This document shows, in pieces, positions 1 through 12,400 of a stretch of DNA of 64,000 nt. The DNA lies in NCBI GenBank assembly GCA_013239625.1, contig MU053216.1:1576943-1640942 (forward strand), written 5' to 3'. This DNA is from Lama guanicoe (taxonomy: Eukaryota). The notes beneath the pieces are model-generated. The model was not told where the DNA came from. It saw only the letters and a program-made list of their open reading frames with translations, and made no database searches. Numbering within the stretch: position 1 is the stretch's first letter; each line of letters opens with the position of its first letter. The translations under genes were made by a program, and so were the position numbers.

Positions 1-181
1 AAACCTGCTGTGGTTGATTGCTGGTCTGCATTTTCCACATGAAAGGAGAGAGTCGTCCTCCCTGGGCGGACTGTTATGCATGAGACGGGAGCCAGTTTGA
101 GGCCATTTTTCTGTTCTGTGGGGATAATACTCTGTAAGTAATTACAGCCGTTTGGTGTTTTTCTCTGTGCTGCTTTTGAAG

Positions 182-436
182 AGAGATGACTGAAAGGTCC
201 CCCCAGGTGGTCTTCATGAACGGGGACGAAGTCGCCGTGGAGCACCCGGGCCTGCGACAGGTCTACAGTTTCGTTTACGACCTTGCCTTCTGGTCTGTTG
301 ACAAGCGTCACCCCGGCTTCGCCAGCCAGACGGCCGTGTACGCGGCGCTGGCAGCCCCGCTCCTGCAGCAGGCCTTCCAGGGCTACAACACCTGCCTCTT
401 CGCCTACGGGCAGACCGGCTCCGGGAAGTCGTACAC
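182..436 (+). CDS. KIF14: KIF14 exon (motor start, P-loop)
   Basis: ttttgaag|A GAG ATG...[17 protein letters not shown](T) AC|gtgcgt; 255 bp. Confidence 0.92.
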
Positions 437-3400
437 GTGCGTTTCACCGTCAGCGTGATCATCCAGACATGTTCAAAGCTTCTCATGAGAAGCAGCATGG
501 TTTGAGAGAAAGAATGTAGATTTGAAACCGCGCAGCTCTGGGCTCAAACCTCGACCATTTTACGTGCAGGTTCTGATAACTCGGGCAAGTTCCTTAATCT
601 CTGGGCTTCTGTTTGCGCCGGAAATTGTTTATCTTAAAAGCATCATTGGCCCCATTTTACTGTAAATTATATTTCTTATGTAAACCGAAGCCCAGAGAAG
701 GTATTTTGGAAGGATTATTGTGCGAGTTACAAGTAAGTCACGCCGTCGTGGTCTGGTGGTGGTGCCTGTCCTAGAAGGAAGCAGTCACATTTGATAGCAG
801 CTGACTTTACCGAGTTCTCACTCTGCCCCAGTCACTGCTCTAAAGGCTCTGTTTCTACTTTTCCACAGCGACCCCCCCTCCCCGAATCAGATAGCTCTGT
901 TTATTCCCATTTCACAGAAGAGGGGATTGAGGCTCCCAGTATTGGTCCAGTATCTTGTCCAAGGTCACAGAGCTCGTAGGGGTGAAGCCAAGATTTGAAC
1001 TCGGGCGGATCTGGCTCCAGAGCCCAGGTTCTACCCATGAGCTCTCTTCAGCTTGCCCTCCACCCTCTCCCCACCCCAATTCCCCAAAAGGAATTTAAAA
1101 ACTGAATTAGTTTGACTTCTCCCCATTCATAATGTATTTTCCAGGATGATGGGGTTTAGTGAAGAACCAGGAATCATTCCAAGATTTTGTGAAGACCTTT
1201 TTGCTCAAGTGGCCAAAAAACAAACCCAAGAGGTATGTTCTCACCGTATCTGCAGACCTTCCTATCAGAATAGAAAAGTCAAGTTAGAACCAGAGTCATG
1301 GCCACTAAGGAAACACTCAGCAGGAGGTGCTCTGACTTCTGGGTCGTCTCCGTGGGACAGTGGTCTGGAGACGGGGACCAGTTCAGAATCAGTCCTCCTG
1401 GTGACAGAGTTGGAAGGTGGTCTTTGCCGCTCCTCCAGCTCCACCTGGTTTATCACCTGGTGGCCGTGCAGGGCTCAGAGTGCGCCCAGGCCTTTAGATG
1501 GGCGGGCGGGTGTGCAGACCCCTCAGGACAGCAGGGTCAGCGTGGGATGGCGGTGCGGCGGGGAGAGGAGCTGCAGCCTGAACCCGGACTCAGGGTCCCC
1601 ACCGAGCGAGCAGGCTTCCCTGCATCTGTGTCCCGAGCAGCCCACTTGGTCCTTCACGCGCTCAGCAGGTGTTTACTGAGCCTGCTGTGGGCCAGGCGGC
1701 CTGTTGGACCAGCCTCCCCCAGTTTGCTTGAGCCTCAGAGTCACCAGGAATGTGTAGGGGCAGGTGTCTGCGTGTATGTACACTTGCTAAGAATCTGGAG
1801 ATCCTGATTCAGTCAGTTTGGGGGATAGCCTGGGAATTTATAAATTCCATACCTCTCCTCTGGTAATTCTTGTGATAAGAGAAACTGGGGAAATACAGGA
1901 GCGTGGAGTCAGAAGGCCCAGACCCTGTAGTTAGGAGAGTGATGGAGAAACGGCCAGTACACAGCCAAGTGCAAGGAGGAGCCACTGAATCAAGTCCGGT
2001 AAATACTACGTTAGGGTGGGGGCGGGGGGAGGTGGGGTTCCTCAGGGAGGGAGCATCAGAGCTCGTTTTGAAGGAACATAACAGTTATTAGCCTGTGAAG
2101 CGGGGAGCAGCATGTGCCAAGATTTGAAAGCAGAAAAGTGGGGAGCCCTGGGGGATCTGTGAATTGTTTGCTTTGAGCGTGGAATTGGAGAGCGGAGGGT
2201 GATGAGGGGGAAGCTGGAGAGGCAGGACTCTGTGCGCCGGGGGGCTGGGGGGGCTGCGTGGGACTCGGGGNNNNNNNNNNNNNNNNNNNNNNNNNNNNNN
2301 NNNNNNNNNNNNNNNNNNNNNNNNNNNNNNNNNNNNNNNGGCGGGGGGCGCCGGGTGGGGGCTGACACATCAGGGGCCTTAGTCGGTAGGGGATGGAGGC
2401 CGAGGGGAGGGGCTCAGGGCTCGCTGGCGGTGGGTGAGGCCCCGAGAGGGCGCTGAGCCCCGTCTGTCAGGCGGGCGTGGGCGCTCTGTCTGACTCTGGC
2501 CTTCTCTTCTGCCAGCCTCTCTCCTCAAGTGCTGAGGTGGAAGGTCGGAGGAGGAGGGGACCGACAGAAAAGGCTGCCTCTGGGTGCAGAGTCTGGGTGT
2601 AGAGCAGCCCGGAGGTGGTGGAAGCCTGGGGAGAGGAGGGTCCCCTGGTGGCTTCCCGGGACCGGGGTGCCCGGGTTTTGTGCGGAGCGACTGCTGCTGG
2701 GAGGAGTGGGGCATGACGGTTAGGGGCCTGGGCTTTGGAGACAGGTGGGGTTTGAATCCAGGTTCCAGCACTCTGCTGACGTGCGGCCCCGAGCAGTTCC
2801 CGGGGCTTCTCTGCGCTTCAGCAAGAGAACAGGGCGCTGGCGGCGGGGCCTTTCTCACAGGTGTGCTGCGAGGCCGAAAGGGGTTCAGGTTTTAAACGGT
2901 GCCTGGCACGTGGTGACCCAGCCAAGTGATGTGGCTTGCCACCTTTGGGATTATTCAGGGTGGTAAAGGGGAACGGTGTGGGACGGAGGTGGTGTGGCCA
3001 GCTGATGCAGGCGCCTCCGAGGAGGAGGCGAGGTGCGGTCCTCTACGATGTGAACCTCCTCACCTTTCCCACCTCCTCCCCCTGCATGCCCACCTCCCAG
3101 GCCCGGAGCCCATCACGCAATACACCGTCTTATGTTGTAAAAGTCATTAATACATGTCTGTTGGATTCTGAGCCCCAGTACCTGTGTCCCCAGCATTTGT
3201 AAGAAACCCTGTGACTGCACGGTGTCCCCTGTACCTGGTCTCTACCTGGAAGGGCTTCCTTCCTCCCCCAGGACACTAACCATTCTCCACAGCACACATG
3301 CAGTGCACCTCCAGTCAGAGGGGTAGCGCCCCGAGGATAAAGACGGGGTCCAGGCCACCTCAGACTCTCTGCCAGCTCCGGGAAGAGCACTGTGTACCGA

Positions 3401-6400
3401 TTGGGCCCAGTAAACACTTGGTGCCTTGAACCTCAGTCTCCCTGAAGCTCGCTGGAAGCTTCTAGTCCTGTTAGTGCTGGCCAGTGGGTGGAATTTACTT
3501 CTCTAACAAGAAGCCATGCTCTCACTGTCACAACGCTGCATGGAAGCAGATTTTCCCTTTTTGGCCTTTCTGCCTGGTCTTTCAGAGTCAAAAGGAGGAA
3601 AAGCTCAGCCCTACGTGGTCTGATGATGGCTTTTTGCCCCACTTAGGGAGAAAAATGCTGATTTAAGGCCCTAACTTAGCAGATGGAGGGTCCGCACTCA
3701 GCTCCAGCCCACGTCTCTCATCCTTCGTTCCTCCTTCCCGTGTCTCCGCTTTCTGATTAGTCTTGTTAATGGTCATGATCTCTCATCCTGGCTCTGGATT
3801 TTCGGTTGCTCTGTCTTACCTGTTAGAAGGTGTGTCGTATCCTCTGAGGTGGAGCCGCACGGGCAAGAGCCCTGTCTCACGTCTTCATGTCCTGCTCCTT
3901 GGCGCCCAAGGCCACGAATGAGGCAGGTTCCCAGAGGGCTGCATGAAACCTTACCTAGAAGTTAGTAAGAAATTCAAGGACTTCAGTCATTGAAATTAAA
4001 CTTTTATTAAGAGAAAATTCACACACCATAAAATCAACCATTTAAAAATGTAAAACCCAGTGGCATTTAGTGTACCCATAATCTTGTGCAACCGCCACCT
4101 CTACTGGGTCTGAAACATTGTCCCCACCCTCCGGAAGGAGACCCATTAAGTAGTTACAACCCAGGCGCCTCCACTCAAGCCCTGCTTTCTGTCTCTGGAG
4201 TCACCTCTTCTGGACAGTTCCTGAACGGAATATCATGTAACACGAAGTCCTTCAGTGTTGTAGCGTGCACAGACCCTTCATTCCTTTTTCTGGCTGAGTA
4301 ATAGTTAGTTTTGCTTATCTGTTCATCAGGTGGTGGGCCTTAGGCTGTTTCCATTTTTTGGCTGTTTCAAATAGTATCATTTTTTTTTGCATTTATTTGT
4401 AATTCCTTGGTAGACAGGAGGGAACTGCCGAGTTACTCGGTATTCTATGCTTAACCTTTGAGGAACTGCCGTCTGTTCTCCACAGCAGTTACACCATTTG
4501 ACGTTCCCACCAGCAACGTTGGAGGGTCCCACTGCCTCCACGTCCACCGCAGCGTTTGTCGTTTCCCACGTCTGTGACTGTGACTGTCCTAGTGGGTGAG
4601 AAGAGGTTCTCACTGTGGTTCTGATGCACTTCCCTGATGCCTGGTGACGCTGAGCACCTTTCCATGTGCTTGTTGGCCATTTGTGTATCTTCCTTGGAGA
4701 AGTGTCTGTTCAGTCCTTTGCCCATTTTTTAATTGGTTGTTTGTCTTTCTGCTGAGTTGTAAGAGTCCTTTATATATTCTAGATACTAGACCCTTATCAG
4801 CTATGATTTGTAAAAAATGCGAAGACTTTTAAAATAAATGGTGTGCTCTGTTTCTGTTCCTGCTAGGTCAGCTATCACCTTGAAATGAGCTTCTTTGAAG
4901 TATATAATGAGAAAATTCATGACCTTCTGATTTGTGAAAATGGGCAGAGAAAGCAAACAGTAAGATTAAAAAATTGATACTTGTTTTTAATTTCTGTTTT
5001 TATTGATGCACATCATTATATTAACTCTCAAGATGATATATGGCTTAAAGTTTTACAAAAATGCTATTATATGCAAATGCTTGTGACCTACAGTCTAACA
5101 GTGTTATTTTATAAATAAGCTGAGCATTATTGTTAGTGGACATTAAGCTAGTTATTAAATGTAACCTCATTATACTGAAGCAAGTATTAAGTAACAGTTA
5201 AAGATAAAACATTCCAAGATTTAGTTGGATCACTTACGTCAAATACCAAATTCCTAAAAGTCTATAAAGCCAAAGGGCAGTGAAGTTTTAAAAAACTGTA
5301 TTGTTATTATAGAATATGTATTTCACTGGGATATTTTACAAATTGATGTCTTGTAGATAATATTTTCTGTGAAATGGAAAGCTTCACAAATGTATAAGCT
5401 TAAAAAAAAATTCTGCTATTAGAACTTAAATTTTTAATTTTGAAAAGGATCGTGAGGGAAATATACACAAAATGTTATGATAAATCACAGAGAAAAAAAT
5501 GTGACAATGAGTGTGTATATGTCCATGAATGACTGAAAAATTGTGCTGAACACTGGAATTTGACACAACACTGTAAAATGATTATAAATCAATAAAAAAT
5601 GTTAAAAAAAAGAAAGAAAGAAAAGGACCGTGGAGAGCGAGAAGCTGACAAGGTCACGCAGTCGGCTGTCGGCAGCGCCGAGAAGCTTAGCAAAGCCTGG
5701 CGTTTCCTTCTGTGACTTCTGTGTGCTTTAAAATCTCTGGTCACAGAGTTTAAAATGTACAGTGCAAACCTGAGAAAAACGTTAACTGTCTGAAACGGAA
5801 CATACTTTGGAAAGCTGTTACAAGCATAAAAGGACAGCTCCGGCGGGAGGGCTGGGGAGACTGACGCTGCGCGCGGTGGCGTCTTAGTGCCTGCAGATCT
5901 GTCCTCCTGAGAACCTTTATATTCACTTCTGGGCAAAGTCGAGACAGATCTCTTTACCTTAGACCCAAAGTGCAGAGCAAAAGGCCACCCGAAGCCCCGT
6001 TTTATATGACGTTGTCCTGCCCTCATTGCTGCCGTGTCTGCCCCACAGCTGCGAGTGCGGGAGCACCCCACCTCGGGGCCGTACGTCGAGGGCCTGAGCA
6101 CGTGAGTGGGCCGGGGGCGGTGCTGGGGCCCCGCGCGGGGTAAGGGGGCAGGAGCAGCGCCACGCCGTCCTCGGTGGCCTCCCCCGCTGAGTCTTCTACC
6201 CCGAACGTTAGCCTTCTCTTCTCAGATAGAGTTGGCTGCCTGCTGTGTATTTGTTTATATCTCTCACAGCACCTGTAAAGTGCCTGGCGTAGAGCAGCCA
6301 TTATCCTGAGTGTGAAATAGTGACCTTTCTCCCTCCCCCTGCGTACCCAGGAAGTTAAGCCTTCCCTCTCCAGCTGCTTTTTTATCTATTACTTTTAGCT

Positions 6401-9400
6401 GAAGGGGGAGAGGGTGCTAAATGAGTTCAGTGTTTAGAGTTAGAAATATGCTGAGAGTCATTTCTTTGCCTTTCAACACTCCAAGTGCTTTTCTTAACGG
6501 AAAGGGAAAGTCACCAGCTATGGTGACTTTTAGCTCCGTTTAGCAAATCTGGGCTCGCGCTGAGACCCGTACACACCAGCAGACCCGCACCCCTGTGCAC
6601 CTGTGCCTGTGCATGGGGCTTAAAGTGTATCTTTTACGATGTTAACATGCTAAAGTGCTCATTACATTAAGGAAAATCATACTTCTTTTAATTTGGTAAA
6701 ACTGAAACATTATTTTATTTCCTACCATTTAGAATGGAGACCATGAAAGATTCTGTAAGAGTCAGAATAATAGTATCTATGAATTATTCCCTTGTGGTCT
6801 TCAGAGAGTAATTATGTAACTGACAGGCGGCGGTTATTTTATGAGAACAAGAGTGTGATCATCATTAAAACTGATTTTGTCTTTTTACTTTTTACAAATA
6901 GGAATGTTGTCAGTTCTTACTCTGATGTCCAGGTAAGGCTGACTGTCTTTTGTCTTCTTTCCAGCAGACGGAGCGTAATTGCACGAATTCATAAGCATAG
7001 TTCTCCTTACTTGCTGTTTGTATAAATAAAGGTTAATTTCGTTAATTTATAACGGGCTGATTTTGTTTGTGTAAACTTTAATCAAAAGTTACTCTTTTAA
7101 AAAACTAAAAACGTAAACTGACCATCATGTCAGTTTAGAGTTATGGAAAGTGCCTTTTAAAGGCAATATTTCGTGATTCAAATTTCTGTGACAGAAAAGT
7201 AAAAATAGACAATGGGAATACAATTAAAACAATTTTTGGGGGGGGTGTCTATACCCCTCCAAGGAATACAAATTACTAAGTAAACATTTGTTGGTAATTT
7301 TATTTTATAAACTGGCTATAAATGTGTGTATGTTACCAGATGTGCTTACTCAACTTTGTTTTTCTTTAGTTTGTTCCAGTAAATTGCAGTCTGCAGCCCT
7401 GACCCTCCCTCCCCCTCCTTCCTAGGTTTGGCTGGAGCTGGGGAACAAGAAGAAGGCCACTGCCGCCACCGGGATGAACGACAAAAGCTCCCGCTCTCAC
7501 TCGGTCCTCACCCTGGTGATGACCCAGACCAAGGTGCGTTTTTGCGTGATCAGCTTCTTAGGTGAGATAGTAAATATATTCAGGTTTCATGTTTTCCTTA
7601 CTAGTTCTTTAAATCAAAAGTAAAAGCACAGCTGCATAAATCCATAACCTGACTGGATTCTAGGAAGTACACACAGTAACTCTGAGCGGCTTTTGGCATC
7701 TGTGGCGGCGTATTTTTCTCACCGTCTTAGGAATCAGTGACGTAGGATCATTAACTTGTTATGATGGTGCTACTGTCATGTCAGTATATGATAATGCAGT
7801 GTCAACAAGACATGGTAGTTGTACAGTATTTGAAAAAACATACCAGAAAGAAAGATTTTAAATAATTGAGCCACAGGTTCCACTACTCAAACAAAGCCCC
7901 TCTACTCATTTTGGTATATAGGCTTCCAGTTGTTTAACAATCACACCTAAACGAATTTACAAAATCTGCAACAACTTTATGTTATTAGAATTACTTGCAA
8001 AATATTATTTTTCATAGCTGCATAACATTCCACTGACTATTAAAACTCCTCAGATTTTTCTCTGCTGTTGGACATTTATAAATGTTGCTTTTAAATACTT
8101 TGCTGTTTTACTTTTGGAATAAACAGCATCTTTGTACATTAAACCTTTTCTCTGTTTGTAGCTGCTTCCTTAGTATAATTGAGTAGTTGTGAGTTTTAGC
8201 CCATAAAGTTATTTGTTTTATTTTGACATAGTCCAAGCCCTGCTCAACGTATCCTTACAAATTATCAGATTTAAGAAGGATTAGTTTCAAAAATAAATGA
8301 GTGCTTTGTAATCTTGTGTAGCTGTTTTGCAGACTGATGTGATGGCAGGTCAGAATAGAGCTCAGGATGTCTTACTTAATATCTTCTGCTCCAGACGGAA
8401 TTTGTGGAAGGGGAGGAGCTGGATCACCGAGTCCGGAGCCGTGTGAACCTGGTGGACCTGGCGGGCAGCGAGCGCTGCCCCATGACGCAGACCAGCGGGG
8501 AGCGGCTGAAGGTCGGGGGCTGTGGTCACGTTGGCGACACATTGCTGGGGCAGCATTTTAGGCGATGCCAAGCTGAGCATCTGTAACCGAAGAAGAGTCT
8601 CCCTTCCCCTGCACCTTGTGACTGTGTTGCTGTGGTTCAAAGAGCGATCTGTGGTTCTTGGTTATGACTGCTTTTTGAAGAAAATTAGTGAATTTTAAGT
8701 CCTAAGAAAGTTGGTAGTTTATGGAGGAAAGTATTCACTCAGTGATTGTATGAGGGGAGAAATATATTTGTGAAATAAGTTTATTACTGAGCAGTTACTT
8801 TAAAGTGTTTTCTCTCATCCACAGGAGGGCGTGAGTATTAACAAGTCCCTGCTGACCCTGGGCAAGGTCATATCTGCCCTCTCGGAGCGAGCCCATGGAA
8901 GGAGAGTTTTCGTTCCTTATCGCGAGTCAGTTCTTACATGGCAAGTAGCTTTGACGCATGAAGAATTGTATGGAATCCAGTGAGTGCCGTGGGGAAAGAG
9001 CACAGGTGACCTCCCGAGACTCTGGGCAGAGAGGAGTGGCGAGCGCATGAGTTCTAGGGCCAGGCTGCTGGGGTCGCTCAGCCGAGCTTCCTGCAGGCTT
9101 GTGACTTCGGGCAGATCACCTGGTGGCACTCCCGCCTGCCTCCTCGTCTGTAGCACGGGGAAGATCGGTGTCTGTCTCTCCTGGTGAGGGCGAGGGTCAC
9201 GTGATGCGCAGTGTGTGCCGTGTGAGTGTCAGTGGTGGTTGTGCTTACCGTGCCCCGTCCCTGGTGCCTGCACACCTCTGGTGTCACCAAGCACGTCGCT
9301 GTGGGTGTAAAGTGAGATCGGGTGGTTTTACTGCTTAACACGCACTGGCTGGCAGGTAAGTGTTCAAAAAGTGTCTCATTAATGAATATGTGTTTAGCCT

Positions 9401-12400
9401 CAGACACGTTACATTCAGATTACGCTGTGTAGATTTCGTATCCTCTTCTGGCAAGGACTGCATCCCAGCGTGACAGCAGTGCACCCTCACCTCTGACGTA
9501 GGATGATGGAATTGCCACCCCAAAGCCCACAAGAGGAAAATCTTGATTTTTTTTTAATTCCTTTTGAAAGTTAAGAATAATTCATTCTGCATTAATAAAG
9601 ATAGGGTTTTTAGTCTCATACTCTTTTTTCCTTTAAAATAAGGCTTTTGCAATATCATAGGAAACAAAGTTTGTATTTATACGTTCATTCGTTGTTTCCA
9701 GCCCTTACTTAAATGTTGCGGCAGCACGGGAAACGTCCCTCTCCTAGAGTAGCTCCCAGTCTAGCATGGGGAGAGGAATTTTGCTAAATATTTGATAATT
9801 AACAATATTTTAAAATCACAAAACAATATAAAAAGTGTGAGAGAAAATAAAGTGCTCACAAGATCTAAAAATAGCTGCAAATACCAAAAAATTCTAACGG
9901 TCCTGGAGTGGAGAGCGCAGTGCTGTATCACGTCCCGTTAGCTTGCTGCGTGTTTCTAGATGATGACTGTTACCAGGTTGTTGGAGAAGCCAAGTCTGAC
10001 TATGGCTTTGCTTCCTTGAAGGCTGCTGAAAGAGAGTCTGAGTGGAAACTCGAAAACCGCCATGGTGGCCACCGTGAGCCCGGCGGCCAGCAGCGTGGAG
10101 GAGACGCTGGGCGCACTGAGGTACGCCGCCCAGGCCCGCGCCATAGTCAACGTGGCCCGAGTCAACGAGGACGTGAGCGCCAGGCTCATCAGAGGTGAGA
10201 GTCGCCGCGGCGTGAACTTACTTTGAAGGGGTTTCGTCTCAAAGGTAAATTTCAGTCGTGAAAACAAGCCATTAAGGAAGGTTCAAGACTCCTCTGTCCT
10301 GCCTGTTTATGGTAGGTTCCAGTCACACTGCCTGACTCAGGAAGACAGACGGGGGGATAGAGGGACAGAGAGTGAACAGTGAGGGGAGAACAGTCAGAAA
10401 AGGGCGTAGAAGTGGGAGGGGAGCCGCCAGCACCGAGCGCCGTGTCCCAGCCGAGCCGTCCGCGCGGGGACCGCAGCCACCAAGACCCTGGTGTTGTGTC
10501 CTGTCCTCTGTGGCCTCTCCTTCGCCTGCTTGGCTTCATTCACTGGTCTGAAGGCTGTTTGAGCCCAGGTTCCAGCGCAGTCCTGCGTCTTTATGCGCAG
10601 TGCTCCCTTCTGCTTAGGATGGACTCAGCGCCCGCAAGGAGTCTCAGCTTGTCCGCTTTCTCCGCTTATGGGGAGCATTTTCCACACCCCTCTGTCCTCC
10701 GGCCTTTTTAGCAGCAGAAGGTGAATCGGTCCGTTAGGGGCGTGGGCCAGAGAGAAGCGAGCTTCCATGCCGTGGTCCATCTTTCCCTCTGAATTCCCTC
10801 TCTCTTACAAATGGGACCGTTTTCATTAGAAATAAGTATTCTGAACCCCACTTGAAACATCTCTGATCTTTGTGCAACGTGTCTTTATGAATGTGGTTTG
10901 CCTGGAACGACTCTGGTTCATGTCTGTCAGGCAAGTGTAATCAGCACTGCCCACTTCCCTTCTCAGAAGTGTCCCACTTTGGACAGTTTGTTACACCGCC
11001 ATCCTATTTACGAAGGAGGAGAATTCATTAATACTGGAGCAATTTTTCAGGTTAAGGCTAGGTAGAGATTCGTAGGTAAGTAAAGTAAAATTTCTGTAAA
11101 TACTCTGTTTTATTAATATTTAAAACTTCAAATAAAACAGAAGATTGGAGGATTATGTGTAGTGTGGAAATTACTGTATATTAGATGTTATTAATCATAC
11201 ATCTTTTTACAAATGTTTAGAGTTGAAAGCAGAAATTGAAAAGCTGAAAGCGGCTCAAAGAAGCAGTCAGAATATTGACCCTGAGCGATACCGGCTCTGT
11301 CGGCAAGAGATAACGTCCTTAAGGATGAAGCTGCACCAGCAGGAGAGAGACATGGCGGACATGCAGAGGTGGGCTCTGGCCGGCGCAGCAGGCGGCGGGG
11401 GCGCGGCCGGGCTGGGGGCAGGCTGAGGAGGCGAGCATGTCCGCCTTTCTCCCTGCCTTCGTGTGAGCAGCGCGTCCCCGGACGCTTACATTTCAGATGT
11501 TCCTAAGTGGTGTCCTGATCTTTACTGACTGTGTCTTGATTCTCAGTCTTACATGTCTGGATGTTTTTAACTCTGCTATTTTGTTTGTCTTTGGAAAGAA
11601 TGTGGAAAGAAAAATTTGAGCAAGCTGAAAAAAGAAAACTTCAAGTAACAAAGGAGTTACAGGTATCCTTTCAACTCCCTAAACTGATCTGAAAATTTGG
11701 AAGAGACCTGCCGGTAAACATGCAGATGGAGTCTCTCCAGTACTCGCTGCGCACTGACTGCCCAGAGCACTGCCGCGGAGGGGCTGGTGTGCAGGAGCTG
11801 TGAGATCACGGCTGTGGCGGCCTAGCGCCTGCAAGCTGGTCGGAAAGTTAAAATATAAGCGAACTGTCTCGCTCCCTTCATGTTGGTTCAACAAATATTA
11901 AACGTTCACGCTGTGCCAGGTGTGGGGGAGGCCAAGGTGAAAGCAGTGCGGTTTTGGCCCTCAGAGAGCTTGAGATCCAGAGGCAGGTTTACAAAACCTG
12001 AGCACGCGCCCGGATGCTGCGGGACTGGCTAGGTGACGCCTGTGCCGCTGCCGTCTGCTGGGCGCTCGGTGGGTGCACACCGGCGGCGTCTCCCGGTGCA
12101 GCCTAACGTGGCGGGACGTGGGCAGTGGGTGGAGAAGCAGGAGGCGGGAGGGGTGACCCCTTTTGTTGGGGTCCCTGGGAGGACATCGGAGGGAAGAGTC
12201 TAGCAGGGTTTTGTACACTGTGTGGGACTTGCCAAGCTACCAAAGCTGGCATTTCTAGGCAGGGAAATTCCACATTTAAAAGCACGAAGGCACAACACTG
12301 CCCGACGTCCAGAGAATTGGGAAGTACTCAGTGAGTGTGGGCGACAGAGATAAGACTGGACAGAGATGCGACATTTGGATTGTGACGAAGAGAGGATGTG

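Noticed and set aside
6507..6530. 10-bp perfect hairpin aaagtcacca-gcta-tggtgacttt
   Set aside because: Short, intronic and plausible by chance in 64 kb.
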